Positions 50,490-62,035 of a stretch of DNA of 64,000 nt are shown here, one piece after another. How positions within the stretch are numbered: position 1 is the stretch's first letter; each line of letters begins with the position of its first letter. Under the pieces are notes generated by a model, which made no database searches, was not told the DNA's origin, and saw only the letters and a program-made list of their open reading frames with translations. Where the stretch lies: assembly GCF_001194135.2 (NCBI RefSeq), contig NC_068982.1, positions 126,321,596 through 126,385,595 of the forward strand, read 5' to 3'. The stretch is from Octopus bimaculoides. Lineage: Eukaryota. A program made the translations under genes and the position numbers.

Positions 50490-51219
50490 GGATCTTTGGG
50501 GTTTGACGGGCAACATTTTTTTTGTAGTGTTTTTGGTACTGAAACACTTTCAAACTTCGAATATTTGTATATTTTGTGGTATAGAACAGATAAAAAATTT
50601 TGTATTCCAAGTTATTTTATGTAAAAAATTCTCGTATTTCGGTAATTTCAACCAATCACTGACGTCTATTGAGGTGAAAACAATTAATGCCGTAAAGGTG
50701 TCATGGGATCTTTTCCCTTGAATAAAATTAGTCCCGTTGTTTGTCAACAACCACTACCCGTGTTACTCTTATTTATGACATTGTTCATGCGATTGTACTG
50801 TCTTTAGGGTTTTAGGGTTAGGGTTCGGGTTTTAGAGTTAGGGTTAGTTTTAGGATTACGGTTAGGGTTATGATTATTTTTGCCATAACCTTAACTCTAG
50901 CCCTATAACTCATAACCATAACCCTAACCCCAACCCTAAAACCCTAACCCTAACCTAAAATCCTAAACCCTTACTAGGGAATAATGATATAATTAAACAG
51001 GGAATAACACACTTGACACCGATCAGCTGAATAGACGTCAGTGATTGGTTGAAATTACAGAAATACGACAACTTTAACATGAAATAACTTGCGATGTACA
51101 ATTTTTTGTTAAGAAGGTTAAGAGAAGAAGTTGTTTTATATGACACATTCTACCAGTGTCCCAAGTTTGAAAGTGTTTCGTTAAGAAAACAAATGTTGCC
51201 CGTCAAACTCCAAAGATCC
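50490..51219. mobile_element. 730-bp MULE/Foldback-type non-autonomous DNA transposon with central inverted telomeric-repeat arrays
   Basis: Perfect 9-bp TSD AAAACTGAC (50481-50489, 51220-51228). Terminal IR GGATCTTTGG(G/A)GTTTGACGGGCAACATTT (28/29). Further inverted blocks GAAACACTTTCAAACTT and a 39-bp block (38/39). TTAGGG-like array 50803-50870 and CCCTAA-like array 50884-50970. Confidence 0.9.
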
Positions 51220-51580
51220 AAACTGACTCATTTGACATGAGACATTTTTTTATGTTTGTGTCATTCTCTACCACTGTCTCTTCTCTCTCCCCCTCTTACA
51301 GTTTGTGAGTATATTTCTCTTTATGTGTCTGAGGAGAAGGACAACGTTTACGTCAACCATACTCAATCAATAAATTGTAAAGTCTCACTTTCTCTTTCTC
51401 ACTCTATCTGTATATTTCCGCATGCACATACATTTGTTTTATGCTCCAGTACCAAAAAATGGTCACCAAAACAGGTTCTATGTCTAGTCTGCCATACCAA
51501 GTCATGAGCCTCCAAACACATCTGACCCCGACTGTTTCATTTGTCACTTCTTTGATAATGAGAGACATGACACCCTAAAC

Positions 51581-51869
51581 CAGTGGTTCCCAAGCTTGTT
51601 CAGGCTGCCACCCCCTTGACACCCAGGCCACATTCCTAGTGCCCCCACCCCAACTAACCGTCACAAATATAGTCCTCTTTCTAAAGCAAATTCAAAGCAA
51701 CTGTTTTTCACAAATAAAACTCAACCTAATGAACCTATTATTTTGTTGTTTTTACATGAATCGCCACCCCATTATCGCCCCAATTTTTACATGAATCGCT
51801 ACCTCATTATCACCCCACTTTTCTTCAACACTCCCTTGGAACTTGCACTGTCCACTTTGGGAACCACTG
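51581..51869 (+). mobile_element. hAT-type MITE (289 bp)
   Basis: TIR CAGTGGTTCCCAA / TTGGGAACCACTG; perfect 8-bp TSD CCCTAAAC; internal ~33-bp tandem duplication. Confidence 0.9.
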
Positions 51870-52247
51870 CCCTAAACTAATGCCTAAGTTTGATTTTTTG
51901 ATTTTGTAAAATATTATCAGGATTGAATAATAGAGTTTCAAATGTCAACAAAGTTGATTTCTCTGGAAATGAAAATATATGAAATCAACTTCAAAATGGA
52001 AAAGGTTTAACAGAAACTGAAACCAGTTTTATATAGAGGAAGTAACTGTTAAAAAATAATCAGAGTGAGTTTAATTGCTGAACATTCAATAATTTTAGGA
52101 TACACATCATCATACAGTGACTTTCATCCTCATCATTTAATATACATTTTCCATGCTGGCATGGGTTGGATAGTTTGTTAAAATCCAATGAACCATAGAA
52201 AAAAATCTGTTATTTTGGAAAGGAAAAAAAATCTAATATTTCAACAG

Positions 52248-52298
<51 letters not shown>

Positions 52299-52660
52299 GC
52301 TTTTACAATCTGAAGGCAAGTAAACCAGAACTTCAAGATCAATGGTAATCTTTAACTTGTAAAAGTTAATATAAAAATTATGTAGTCTACTAAAAATTAT
52401 TGAATTCTTCAGTTTAATGCTTAATTGATTTTATAACTTGACATAAACAAACACACGCACACATGTAATAATCTACTTCTTAGCCCCTATTTCAGTAAGT
52501 GTTTGAATATATATTTTGTTTGTATATTTTATTTAACTAATAATTCAATTAAAAAAAAGAAAAAACATGTTTCTCTCATTTAACAGGATTTCAATTCATG
52601 CCACCAACAGCTATGTAAACTAAGTAATGGGTGGATGGATGGATAAATGAATGTACATAA

Positions 52661-52696
<36 letters not shown>

Positions 52697-52784
52697 ATGT
52701 ATATATGTATATATGGATGTATATACTCATTTTTACAAATTTATACACCCAAACAGAACTCAAAAGAGATTAGCTGGATTGACT

Positions 52785-52816
<32 letters not shown>

Positions 52817-52846
52817 TACACTACAACACTTTTGAATAATAATTCG

Positions 52847-52960
52847 AGGAGTGGCTGTGTGGTAAGAAGCTTGCTTACCAACCACATGGTTCCGACCAAA
52901 GCCTTGTGAGTGGATTTGGTAGACGGAAACTGAAAGAATCCCGTCATATATATGTGTATA

Positions 52961-53021
<61 letters not shown>

Positions 53022-53240
53022 CTGTGTATGTTTGTGTGTCTGTGTTTGTCCCCTCATCATCACTTGACAACCGATGGTGGTGTGTTTACGTCCCCGTAAC
53101 TTAGCGGTTCAGCAAAAGAGATTGATAGAATAAGTACTAGGCTTACAAAGAATAAGTCCTGGGGTCGATTTGCTCGACTAAAGGCGGTGCTCCAGCATGG
53201 CCACAGTCAAATGACTGAAACAAGTAAAAGAGTAAAGAGT
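52847..53240 (+). mobile_element. SINE family A with a 5' internal deletion
   Basis: GGAGTGGCTGTGTGGTAAG..CATGGTTCCGACCAAAGCC..GACTGAAACAAGTAAAAGAGTAAAGAG. Confidence 0.9.
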
Positions 53241-55704
53241 AAGGCAATAAGAAGAAACCACACCAAGTATATTTGCCAAGTTATCAATCCTAGGACAAAG
53301 CTGACCTGAATTGCATTTTAGCACTAAAACCATTGAATCAGAACTGCATGTCGTTTTGACTCTCATTCTCTACACTTTGCATGATTTCACACACTAGTCA
53401 CTATGTAAAGCTATTTCCAACATCTAGTAAAATGAATAATAAATGAAGTCCTTGATGCCCCTTCTAGAATTTAAATGGTTCCTAAAGTAGAATAGCAGTG
53501 AAACATCAAATATTTGCCAAAATTTGAAGACTTCACTCAGCAGCATCACTTTGTGTCTCATCAGCGGATACACGATCAAATTTATACATTGCAATTTTCT
53601 ACAATCCTGACAGTTCGCTCATTAATGTCCTCAATTCTAAAACCGTCATTTCACTTCTTGAACTACATTAATAAATAATTTATTATTCCAAGTTCAATAA
53701 TGTCTTTCTGTTTGACACATTTGCTTATCAACCACATTCTTCTTTTACTTCTCTACAATTTTATTATAAGGACCACCATACCATATATTAAAGTAGTACA
53801 TACAAGACTGGTCATAATGTTCTCTTCCCTTACAAAGGCCTTAAACACTGACAAAGAAATGTAACTGAATATGCCAAAAAATTGTTTTCTCTTCTATCTC
53901 TTATCTCTTCAGATACTTCAAAAAGTTTTGAAATTTTAATCTACTCTGTGACTAGTGACCACCAAGGAAGTTACTTTTTCCCCATTTTTTAAAATGATTA
54001 ATGTCTTCAGATATTCAAACAACATTCCCCAATAATGATGTCAACCATCAACAAGAGTCATTTATAAAACTGGATTCACTATTTAGATCCAGAAATATGA
54101 TTCTGTTTAACACCTCCCTAACTGAAGCCAAATCTATCAAGCTCTAACCTTCCTCATTGACCACCTGTATGAGTGAGTGGGTGTGTGTGTATACATACGT
54201 ACACACATATATGTATATGTAAAGCCTTTACAATTCAACAAGAGGAACAATGGTCAAGAATTGAATTAAATCATCTGAAAGATAGATGAACATCAAGTTT
54301 TAAAACAATCACCATGTGCAGATACCTTTAAGGATATTTAGGATAAAAAGAAAAGAAGTAAAATAGCTTCAAGCTCTTTTCAAATCACCTTTAGCTCCCA
54401 AGACTAATTAGGAGGAGGGGGGGGGATACAAATAATTTTTTTTTTTTTAAACCAAATATAAAATTGTAAGAAAAAGAAAAAGAATTGACAATTAAACAAA
54501 ACCATTAATAAAAATTGTTTTGTATAAAAATGAAAAAAAAAAAGTTTGTAATTAATTGCTGATTGATTAGAATTTCTAGCAAGAAATTATTCTTGTGCGA
54601 GTGGTATGCTTCCAGGACAGGTTTGTTACTCGGCAGCGACAGCCACACATCTTTGATCATTCAATCAGAAACAACTATTTAGCTGCAGTTTTTTTAATGG
54701 AAAATCTGAAATTACTATTCCAAATATGCTATTCTTTATTAGTTGTTTTAATTTNNNNNNNNNNNNNNNNNNNNNNNNNNNNNNNNNNNNNNNNNNNNNN
54801 NNNNNNNNNNNNNNNNNNNNNNNNNNNNNNNNNNNNNNNNNNNNNNNCTGTAATTTACACAGTAAACAAGGAGGAAAAATGTGTTTGGGAGGGGGTTTAA
54901 TGTGTCGTAATATCTTCAAGTTGGGAAATAAAAATTGTGCTTTAAATACAGTTTTAAATGTTTTTTTTCTTTTTTGAAACCTGTAATTTCTCTTATATTA
55001 TGAGAACTTGATTAAAATAAATATATTTACAACAAATCAAAAAAAAAAAACACATACATTATAAATGATTAAAGATTGTCTGTATTGTTTGAGTCAGATG
55101 TATAATTTTCAGTGCAAATAATAAGAGGGAAGATGTAAGGATTTTAACATGTATAATCAAACATGAATTCACTTAGCATAATGTTTTTCTGAAGAGAACC
55201 TCAATGTAGAATAGAAATTAACAATATAATTTCAGAGGTTTACGTAACTCAAGTACCTTTGAGTATTCAAAGATTCTTCATAAATGTTTTGATGTCCTTC
55301 CTGATACAAACTTCTGCAATAGACCAACACATTTTCAAACTGCTTAATCAGGTGGAAAGACAGCATCCCCCAACAGTTTCAGAATCTCAGAGACAGGTAG
55401 GAGGGATCCCCTGATCAAAGATCCGAAGTGTATGCCTGCAATAGAGAGGGCTTCGCCAAAGTTACTCCTGGACCAGATGATGGTGTCAAAGAGGATACCT
55501 TTTGATACTAACTTGCCTGAAACTTCCCTTGTTTCATTGGTACAAGCTCCCTGTTTTAAAATGATCTTAATTAAAATCTTCCATCAAAATTGCATGGAAA
55601 TTTATGCTTCGAACAATAGCTTAATTACGACAAAGTTATTTTAATAAGCTCACTCTTATTTTCGTAATTAACTGAAATAAAGGTAGAATATTTCAAATGA
55701 GATA

Positions 55705-55868
55705 TTCTTTTACTTGTTCCAGTCATTGACTGTGGCCATGCTGGAGCACTGCCTTTAGTCGAAGAAATCGATCCCCAGGACTTATTCTTTGTAAGCCTAG
55801 TACTTATTCTATCAGTCTCTTTTGCCGAACTGCTAAGTTACAGGGACGTAAACACACCAACATCGGTG
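55705..55868 (-). mobile_element. SINE family A, 3' third
   Basis: GACTGTGGCCATGCTGGAGCAC..GGGACGTAAACACACC. Confidence 0.9.
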
Positions 55869-56057
55869 TCTGTTTGATCAAAGCTGACTTTCAGCTAAAA
55901 CAATACAACAACCTATTCTGTTGGCATGTATCCTTGTTATGTTAGCGACTGCAAGTTCTCTAGAGCTACACTGTGCCCAACAATTCTCAGATATTAGCGT
56001 GAAACTAATTAACATATAAATTCATTATAAATATATTATGCAGGATTTATATTTAGG

Positions 56058-56460
56058 CATAGGCATGGCTGTGTGGTTAAGAAGCTTGCTTTGCAGCCAC
56101 ATGGTTCTGAGTTCAATCCAACTCCGTAACCCCTTGGACAAGTATTTTCTATTAAAGCTCCAGACTGACCAATGCATTGTGGGTGAATTTGATTGAGTGA
56201 AACTATGTAGAGGCCAACTGGATGTATGAGTGTGTGTGTTTGTGCGTGTGCGTGCACGCATGTTTATTCCTCCTGTCACTTGACAACCAGTGTTGATTTG
56301 TTTACAACTGCATAACTTAGCAGTTTCACAGAAGAGACTGATAGAGTAAATACCAGATTCTATAGGAAGTACTAAGGTTGATTTGTTCAACTACACCCTT
56401 CTGAGTGATGCCCCAGCATGGCCACTGCTCAATGACTGAAACAAGTAAATGGTAAAAGAA
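56058..56460 (+). mobile_element. SINE family A, diverged, full length
   Basis: GGCATGGCTGTGTGGTTAAG..GAGTTCAATCC..CCCAGCATGGCC..GACTGAAACAAG. Confidence 0.8.
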
Positions 56461-56499
56461 TACACACAGAGCATTGCCGCCTTGAATATATATTGGTCC

Positions 56500-56690
56500 A
56501 AGACAGCAAGCTGGCAGAAACGGTATGTTGTCTGTCTCTACATTCTGAGTTCAAATTCCACAGGTCGATTTTGTCTTTTATCCTTTCAGGGTCGATAAAT
56601 TAAGTACCAGTTGCATACTAGGTCGATCTAGTCGACTGCCCCCCCAAAAAAAAAATTTCGGGCCTTGTGCCTAGAGTAGGAAAAGAATAT
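56500..56690 (+). mobile_element. SINE family B
   Basis: GACAGCAAGCTGGCAGAA..GAGTTCAAATTCC..GGGCCTTGTGCCTAGAGTAG. Confidence 0.85.
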
Positions 56691-57154
56691 ATATTGGTCC
56701 AGTAGAGTCAACTAGGTATTCCAGAACACCTAGCAGGCATTAAGTTTTGTCTGACAGATATAGAAAATCAAACTTTGAGACTCACCATGGACCTACNNNN
56801 NNNNNNNNNNNNNNNNNNNNNNNNNNNNNNNNNNNNNNNNNNNNNNNNNNNNNNNNNNNNNNNNNNNNNNNNNNNNNNNNNNNNNNNNNNNNNNNNNNNN
56901 NNNNNNNNNNNNNNNNNNNNNNNNNNNNNNNNNNNNNNNNNNNNNNNNNNNNNNNNNNNNNNNNNNNNNNNNNNNNNNNNNNNNNNNNNNNNNNNNNNNN
57001 NNNNNNNNNNNNNNNNNNNNNNNNNNNNNNNNNNNNNNNNAAAAAAAAAAAAAAAAAGAAAAGAAAGAAAGAAAAAAATGAAGAACCAGATTGCAAAGAT
57101 AGTGGTTGCTTTAGTTATTAGTTATTATAGCAATAGCAATTTTGTATCAATGGT

Positions 57155-57385
57155 GTGCTGCATTGGTAGAATCATTAAAGCATTGGATAAAATGCTTTAT
57201 AATATTTGTTCTAGCTTAGTGGCATTTCTTCCAGCTCTTTACGTTCTGGGTTCAAATTCCAATAAGGTCACTTTTGCCTTTCATATTTCTGGGGTGATAA
57301 AACAGATATCTGTTGAAGACTGGAATTGATGAAATCAATTTACCCAGTTTCCCTTAAAATTGCTGGCTTTGTGCCAAAATTTGTA
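57155..57385 (+). mobile_element. SINE family B, diverged
   Basis: GGTAGAATCATTAAAGC..GGTTCAAATTCC..GCTTTGTGCCAAAATTTG. Confidence 0.75.
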
Positions 57386-57446
57386 AGCTGGAACAATATT
57401 TGTTCCAGCTTACTCAAAATGCTCTTTAGGTTCAAATCCAACCAAA

Positions 57447-57556
57447 GGTGAAAGTAAAGAATACGTACAGCCGGTGGTTAGGGTTAGGGGTTAAAGTTGG
57501 GTTTAGGGTTTTTGTCATGCTGAAAACGGGCCGTGTACGTATTTTTAACTTCTGCC
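57447..57556. mobile_element. 110-bp MULE-type MITE with internal TTAGGG repeats, inserted in a SINE B fragment
   Basis: Perfect 9-bp TSD CCAACCAAA (57438-57446, 57557-57565). TIRs GGTGAAAGTAAAGAATACGTACA vs GGCAGAAGTTAAAAATACGTACA (18/23). Core GGTTAGGGTTAGGGGTTAAAGTTGGGTTTAGGG. Confidence 0.8.
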
Positions 57557-57761
57557 CCAACCAAAAGTGAATTTACCTTCCATTCTTCTGAGACGGAGGA
57601 AGTACTAGGTTTGTCACACATTCTCTCTCTCTCTCTCTCTGTCTGTCTCTCCCATTCTTTTTCTAGACAGACTACATTGTGCTATGAGTAAGATTTTTCC
57701 ACATAAGAGAAAATGATTATGCTGCTGAAACCATACAATAGCAGATCAATGAACAATGGGC

Positions 57762-58140
57762 GCAGGAGTGGCTGTGTGGTAAGTAGCTTGCTTCCCAACC
57801 ACATGCTTCCGGGTTCAGTCCTACAGCGTGGTACCTTGGGTAAATGTCATCTATTATAGTTTCGGGCCGACCAAAGTCTTGCGAGTGGCAAACAGAAACT
57901 GAAAGAAGCCAGTCACATATATATATATAAGTATATGTTTATGTGTGTGTTTGTCCCCCCTCCCACCATTGCTTGACAACCGATGTTGGTGTGGTCGCAT
58001 CCCCGTGACTCAGCAGTTCAGCAAAAGAGACGATAGAATAAGTACTAGGCTTACAAACAATAATTCCTGGGGTTGGTTTGTTCGACTAAAGGCAGTGCTC
58101 CAGCATGGCCACAGCCAAATGACTGAAAACAAATAAAAGA
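57762..58140 (+). mobile_element. SINE family A, full length
   Basis: GGAGTGGCTGTGTGGTAAGTAGC..GGGTTCAGTCC..CAGCATGGCCACAGCCAAATGACTGAAAAC. Confidence 0.9.
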
Positions 58141-58259
58141 AATTAGCATAGAATGGAAACTGAGTAAAGAATTTTGTATGATCTTCGCCCTCACATATTT
58201 AACCTTAATGCATTAACAACAGCAGTAGTTTTCAAGGCATTGTTACATTCCAATAATGG

Positions 58260-58570
58260 TTTCAGATTTAGGCATGATGCCAGTAATTTTCAGAGAAGGG
58301 GTTTAGCTGATTACATGAACATCAGTGTTCAGCCCCTGAAAGGATGAAAGGCAGAGTCAGCCTTGACAGGATTTAGACATAGAACATAAGGAGTCAGAAG
58401 AAATGGTGCTAAGCAGTTTTTTTTTTTTGGTCCAAATTCCTAACAGTTCTGCCAGAAGTAATAAAAGCAGCAAAGTGGCAGAGTTATAAGGACATTGGAC
58501 AGGTTGTCTCACAGTATTTGTTCAGACTAAGTGATCTGAGTTCAAATCTTGCCACGGTCAACTTAGCCTG
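58260..58570. mobile_element. two diverged SINE family B pieces head to head (58260-58460 minus, 58465-58570 plus)
   Basis: GAAAGGATGAAAGGCAGAGTC on one side; AAAGTGGCAG..GAGTTCAAATCTTGCC on the other. Confidence 0.65.
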
Positions 58571-58605
58571 TTGTTCAGCAATACTGTCAATCAAATGCAT
58601 TAGAT

Positions 58606-58890
58606 AAGTGGTTCCCAAACTTTTATAGGTTGCCACCCCTTTGAAACCTGGGCCATATTTCTAGTGCCTCCACCCTAACTAACCATCACAAATATAGACC
58701 TCTTTCTGAAGCAAATTCAAAGCAACTGTATTTCACAAAGAAAACTGAACCTAATGAACCCATTATTTTGTTGTTTTTACATGAATTGCTCCCCCCATTA
58801 TCACTCCACTTTTCCTCAACATCCCCTTGGAACTTTCCACTCCTCCACCCTCAGGGGGAGGGGCAATACTGCCCACTTTGGGAACCACTG
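58606..58890 (+). mobile_element. second copy of the 51581-51869 hAT MITE
   Basis: AAGTGGTTCCCAA / TTGGGAACCACTG; TSD CATTAGAT / TATTAGAT (7/8); shared internal CACAAATATAG..GCAAATTCAAAGCAACTG block. Confidence 0.85.
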
Positions 58891-61679
58891 TATTAGATTT
58901 AAGAACTGTTAGAAGGTTGGGCAATATGACCCATGGTACCTACTCTGGCTTTTGAGATCTGATAGTAACACCTACAATGACACTAGAGCCAAGTGTATTG
59001 GCCCATGTTAGCAGCATGGAGGAGAGACACTTCCATATATGGGCAACTGCCAGTTTTCCTTACAGGAAAAAAACAAAAACAGATGCATAGATAACTTTGG
59101 GGGTGGATGTCTAGTAATTAATCTGTAACACAGAAATAACTAGGTTGGGGATTGAGGATTGGGGTATGAGACACTATTAACCTTAAGGTCAAGTTATAAT
59201 CAATGGGAGAATTATTTAAAATACAATAGCAAAGTTAAAAAAGGAAATCCTTATAACTTAGTGGTTTGGCAAAAGAGATTAATAGAACGAATGACAAACT
59301 TCAAAACAATAAGTGCTGGGGTCGATTTCTTTGACCAAACCTTTCGAGGCAATGCCCCAGCATGGTCACAGCCTGAAATAAGCAAAAGAATGTGTAAATG
59401 TTGTGTTGAGATACATAAGAATTTGATTGTAATTTTAAAAATAACCAGTAGTTAAGATGCATGTAAAAGCAGAAAATCTGCCCAAACCTGTGCAGAACCA
59501 CACACACACAGAAAGGCATATATATATATATATAGATAGATAGATAGATAGATAAAGAGATAGATAGATAANNNNNNNNNNNNNNNNNNNNNNNNNNNNN
59601 NNNNNNNNNNNNNNNNNNNNNNNNNNNNNNNNNNNNNNNNNNNNNNNNNNNNNNNNNNNNNNNNNNNNNNNNNNNNNNNNNNNNNNNNNNNNNNNNNNNN
59701 NNNNNNNNNNNNNNNNNNNNNNNNNNNNNNNNNNNNNNNNNNNNNNNNNNNNNTAAACAACTAGAATATTCTTCTACCACAAATAAAGCCCAATATTTGT
59801 AAATATTAGGGATAATAAATTAATACAGTAATTATTAAAAAAAAATTTAACCCGCAATAAAAAAAAAATATATTGTCAATAATGTTGAACGTGGTTAGGT
59901 AGAAAAAGGGGAACCAGGAAAACTAAAATGAAATAGAACGTGAATATATGACAAAGTCTGGTAAAAATCATTATAACCTCACAAATAACGAAATGGAAAA
60001 ACAAAAAGAAAAAAAAACAAAAGTAAGCGTTGAAATTTTAGTCAATAGATATGAAAAGCTCAAACTGCTGTTCTCCCATCTTTCTACTTAACACCATTGA
60101 TTATTAACATATCAAACAGTAATTGTTTCAAGTCAGCCATGGTGGTGCAAGGGAGATAACTTTCTTAATGAGGTCATTAAAAACAAGCATTGTCAACTTC
60201 ATTTTCAAGAGTTGTTTAACAAAATTCAATATTTGATTTATCTATTTGGGGGGAAAAATATCCGATACAGAAAGCAATATAAACATTAACTAGTGCCTCT
60301 GCTCGTGTACACACACGCAAACACAAACGCTGATCCCTACATATCATAAAATGAACACAAGGGTATAATATATATTTCTTTTTTTTTTTTTTTTGTTTGC
60401 AGTGAGAAAATAAAAAAACAAATATATATGTGATTAAAAACACATTTCTGATATCTGGGATTACTTCTGATTAACTAACAAACGCCTAAGTTATTAACAT
60501 CTGAACAATTAGAAGTGTAGGACAAAGAGTGCTAAAACTTAACATTCTGGCCTGATACATATATATTGTCCTTAGGCAAGGCCCACTATTCTATCTGCTC
60601 AGGTCAGATATTCTTAATTAGCATTTAGAAATTACCAGATGGAAAACTCATGATCAAACAGGTGGTGTAATTAGCTACACAGATAAGAAGCAACAGTCAA
60701 ATTATATTCCTATACCAAAGGATATTTATTGTCCAGATCGGTACAAAAAGAAGGGACAAAGAATTTGACACCAAAATGGAGAGTAGCTTTTAGCTCCTGT
60801 TTCACTTAAATGTGACCATTTCTAATCAAATACACTTCCCATATGTTTCAATACACACACACACAATTTAATAGGATTAAAATTAAAATAACCAACTTTA
60901 TTATTAAAATGATGTTTGAAACATGATTCAACTAAAATTATGAGAGAAGGTTTAAATTTGTAATATTTTGTATCAGAAAATCAGAAATACTCCTAGGTCA
61001 GTTGATATGAAAAAGGATAAAAGAAGGTTTTAAATTGGTCAACTGCTCTTTAATTTTAAATGTTCTCTCATTTAGATTGCTATTCCAATATTTGTAGTAT
61101 GTTTCATCATGCCCCTTTTTTTTTGTTATTGTTTTTCTTGGGTCTGAAGGAAGAAGCAGTATCCATAGCTTTCATAGGCCCTCCTAGACTATAGAGACAG
61201 CAATGCTATTCATGTGCCCCATGAACCTTTCAAAAGTCAATATCTGTAAGTAAGACACAAGCAGGGACTAGATTTCTGAGAGGGAAGGCCTGGGTATTGT
61301 GATTAGAGTAAGACCAGAGAATGAGAGAAAAGGAGAGACAAGTGGATCAAAAATGCTTGAGTGAGAATGGAATGGGGGCCAACCAGATTTGAGGAGCAGA
61401 GGCCATAATAGTAGCAGTAGGAAAGGTAGACTGGAGAAAGAGGGTGCCTGGACCAGATGCTGTCATTAAAAAAAAAAAAAAAAATCAAATTAAGGTATAT
61501 TTATTAGATTTTCTACTAAAATGAAAATGAAATATATATTTTATGACACTGAGTCTGTAACTAAAAAACAAACAACAACTAATAATAGATGATACATTGA
61601 AATTATCACAGGGATGAGATTCTCCCTGCAGAGCTAGAAAGACAGAAAATGGAAATAAAATATTACTACATCATTTTGT

Positions 61680-61860
61680 ATTTGGCCCACATTACAAATC
61701 AGCAGGTTCACAAAAACCATCTGGCATCACCCAGCACTGCCACTTCGTTTTGGAAACCTGACAATGGTGACGAAAAGGAAGCCGAGACAATAAGGTTAAT
61801 GCAGCAACACCCAGTGATCGTGTAAAGACCATTCTATGAGGAATTGTATACATGGGAGAA
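61680..61860 (+). mobile_element. degenerate RTE LINE 3' ORF remnant
   Basis: ..GPHY.. and WKPDNG followed by a frameshifted RKGSR resemble RTE (G)H...WKPxxGKRxRGRP. Confidence 0.45.
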
Positions 61861-62035
61861 AGAAAGAAAGGCAGAGAGAGTAAAGGAGAGATGGATTAAT
61901 GTTGAGGAATGAACAAGTAAACTGTTAGAGGAGACCTCGGCAGTGGCACAACTATGATAGGTGGAGAAAAACTAGCACCCAGGATGTTACAATAGCAGCC
62001 CTACAACTTCATCGTAAGTTGAGGCCCAATCACAC

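Noticed and set aside
50803-50970. Ancestral telomere-telomere fusion site
   Set aside because: The arrays are enclosed by TIRs and an exact 9-bp TSD, so they arrived as part of a transposon.
53550-53585. CTGATGAG hammerhead core on the minus strand (also near 44720)
   Set aside because: No GAAA after a stem II and no stem I or III pairing.
61260-61470. Possible L2/CR1 RT relic on the minus strand (LAPIPFSLKH..AFP..LVP)
   Set aside because: Pyrimidine-rich low-complexity match, too weak to call.
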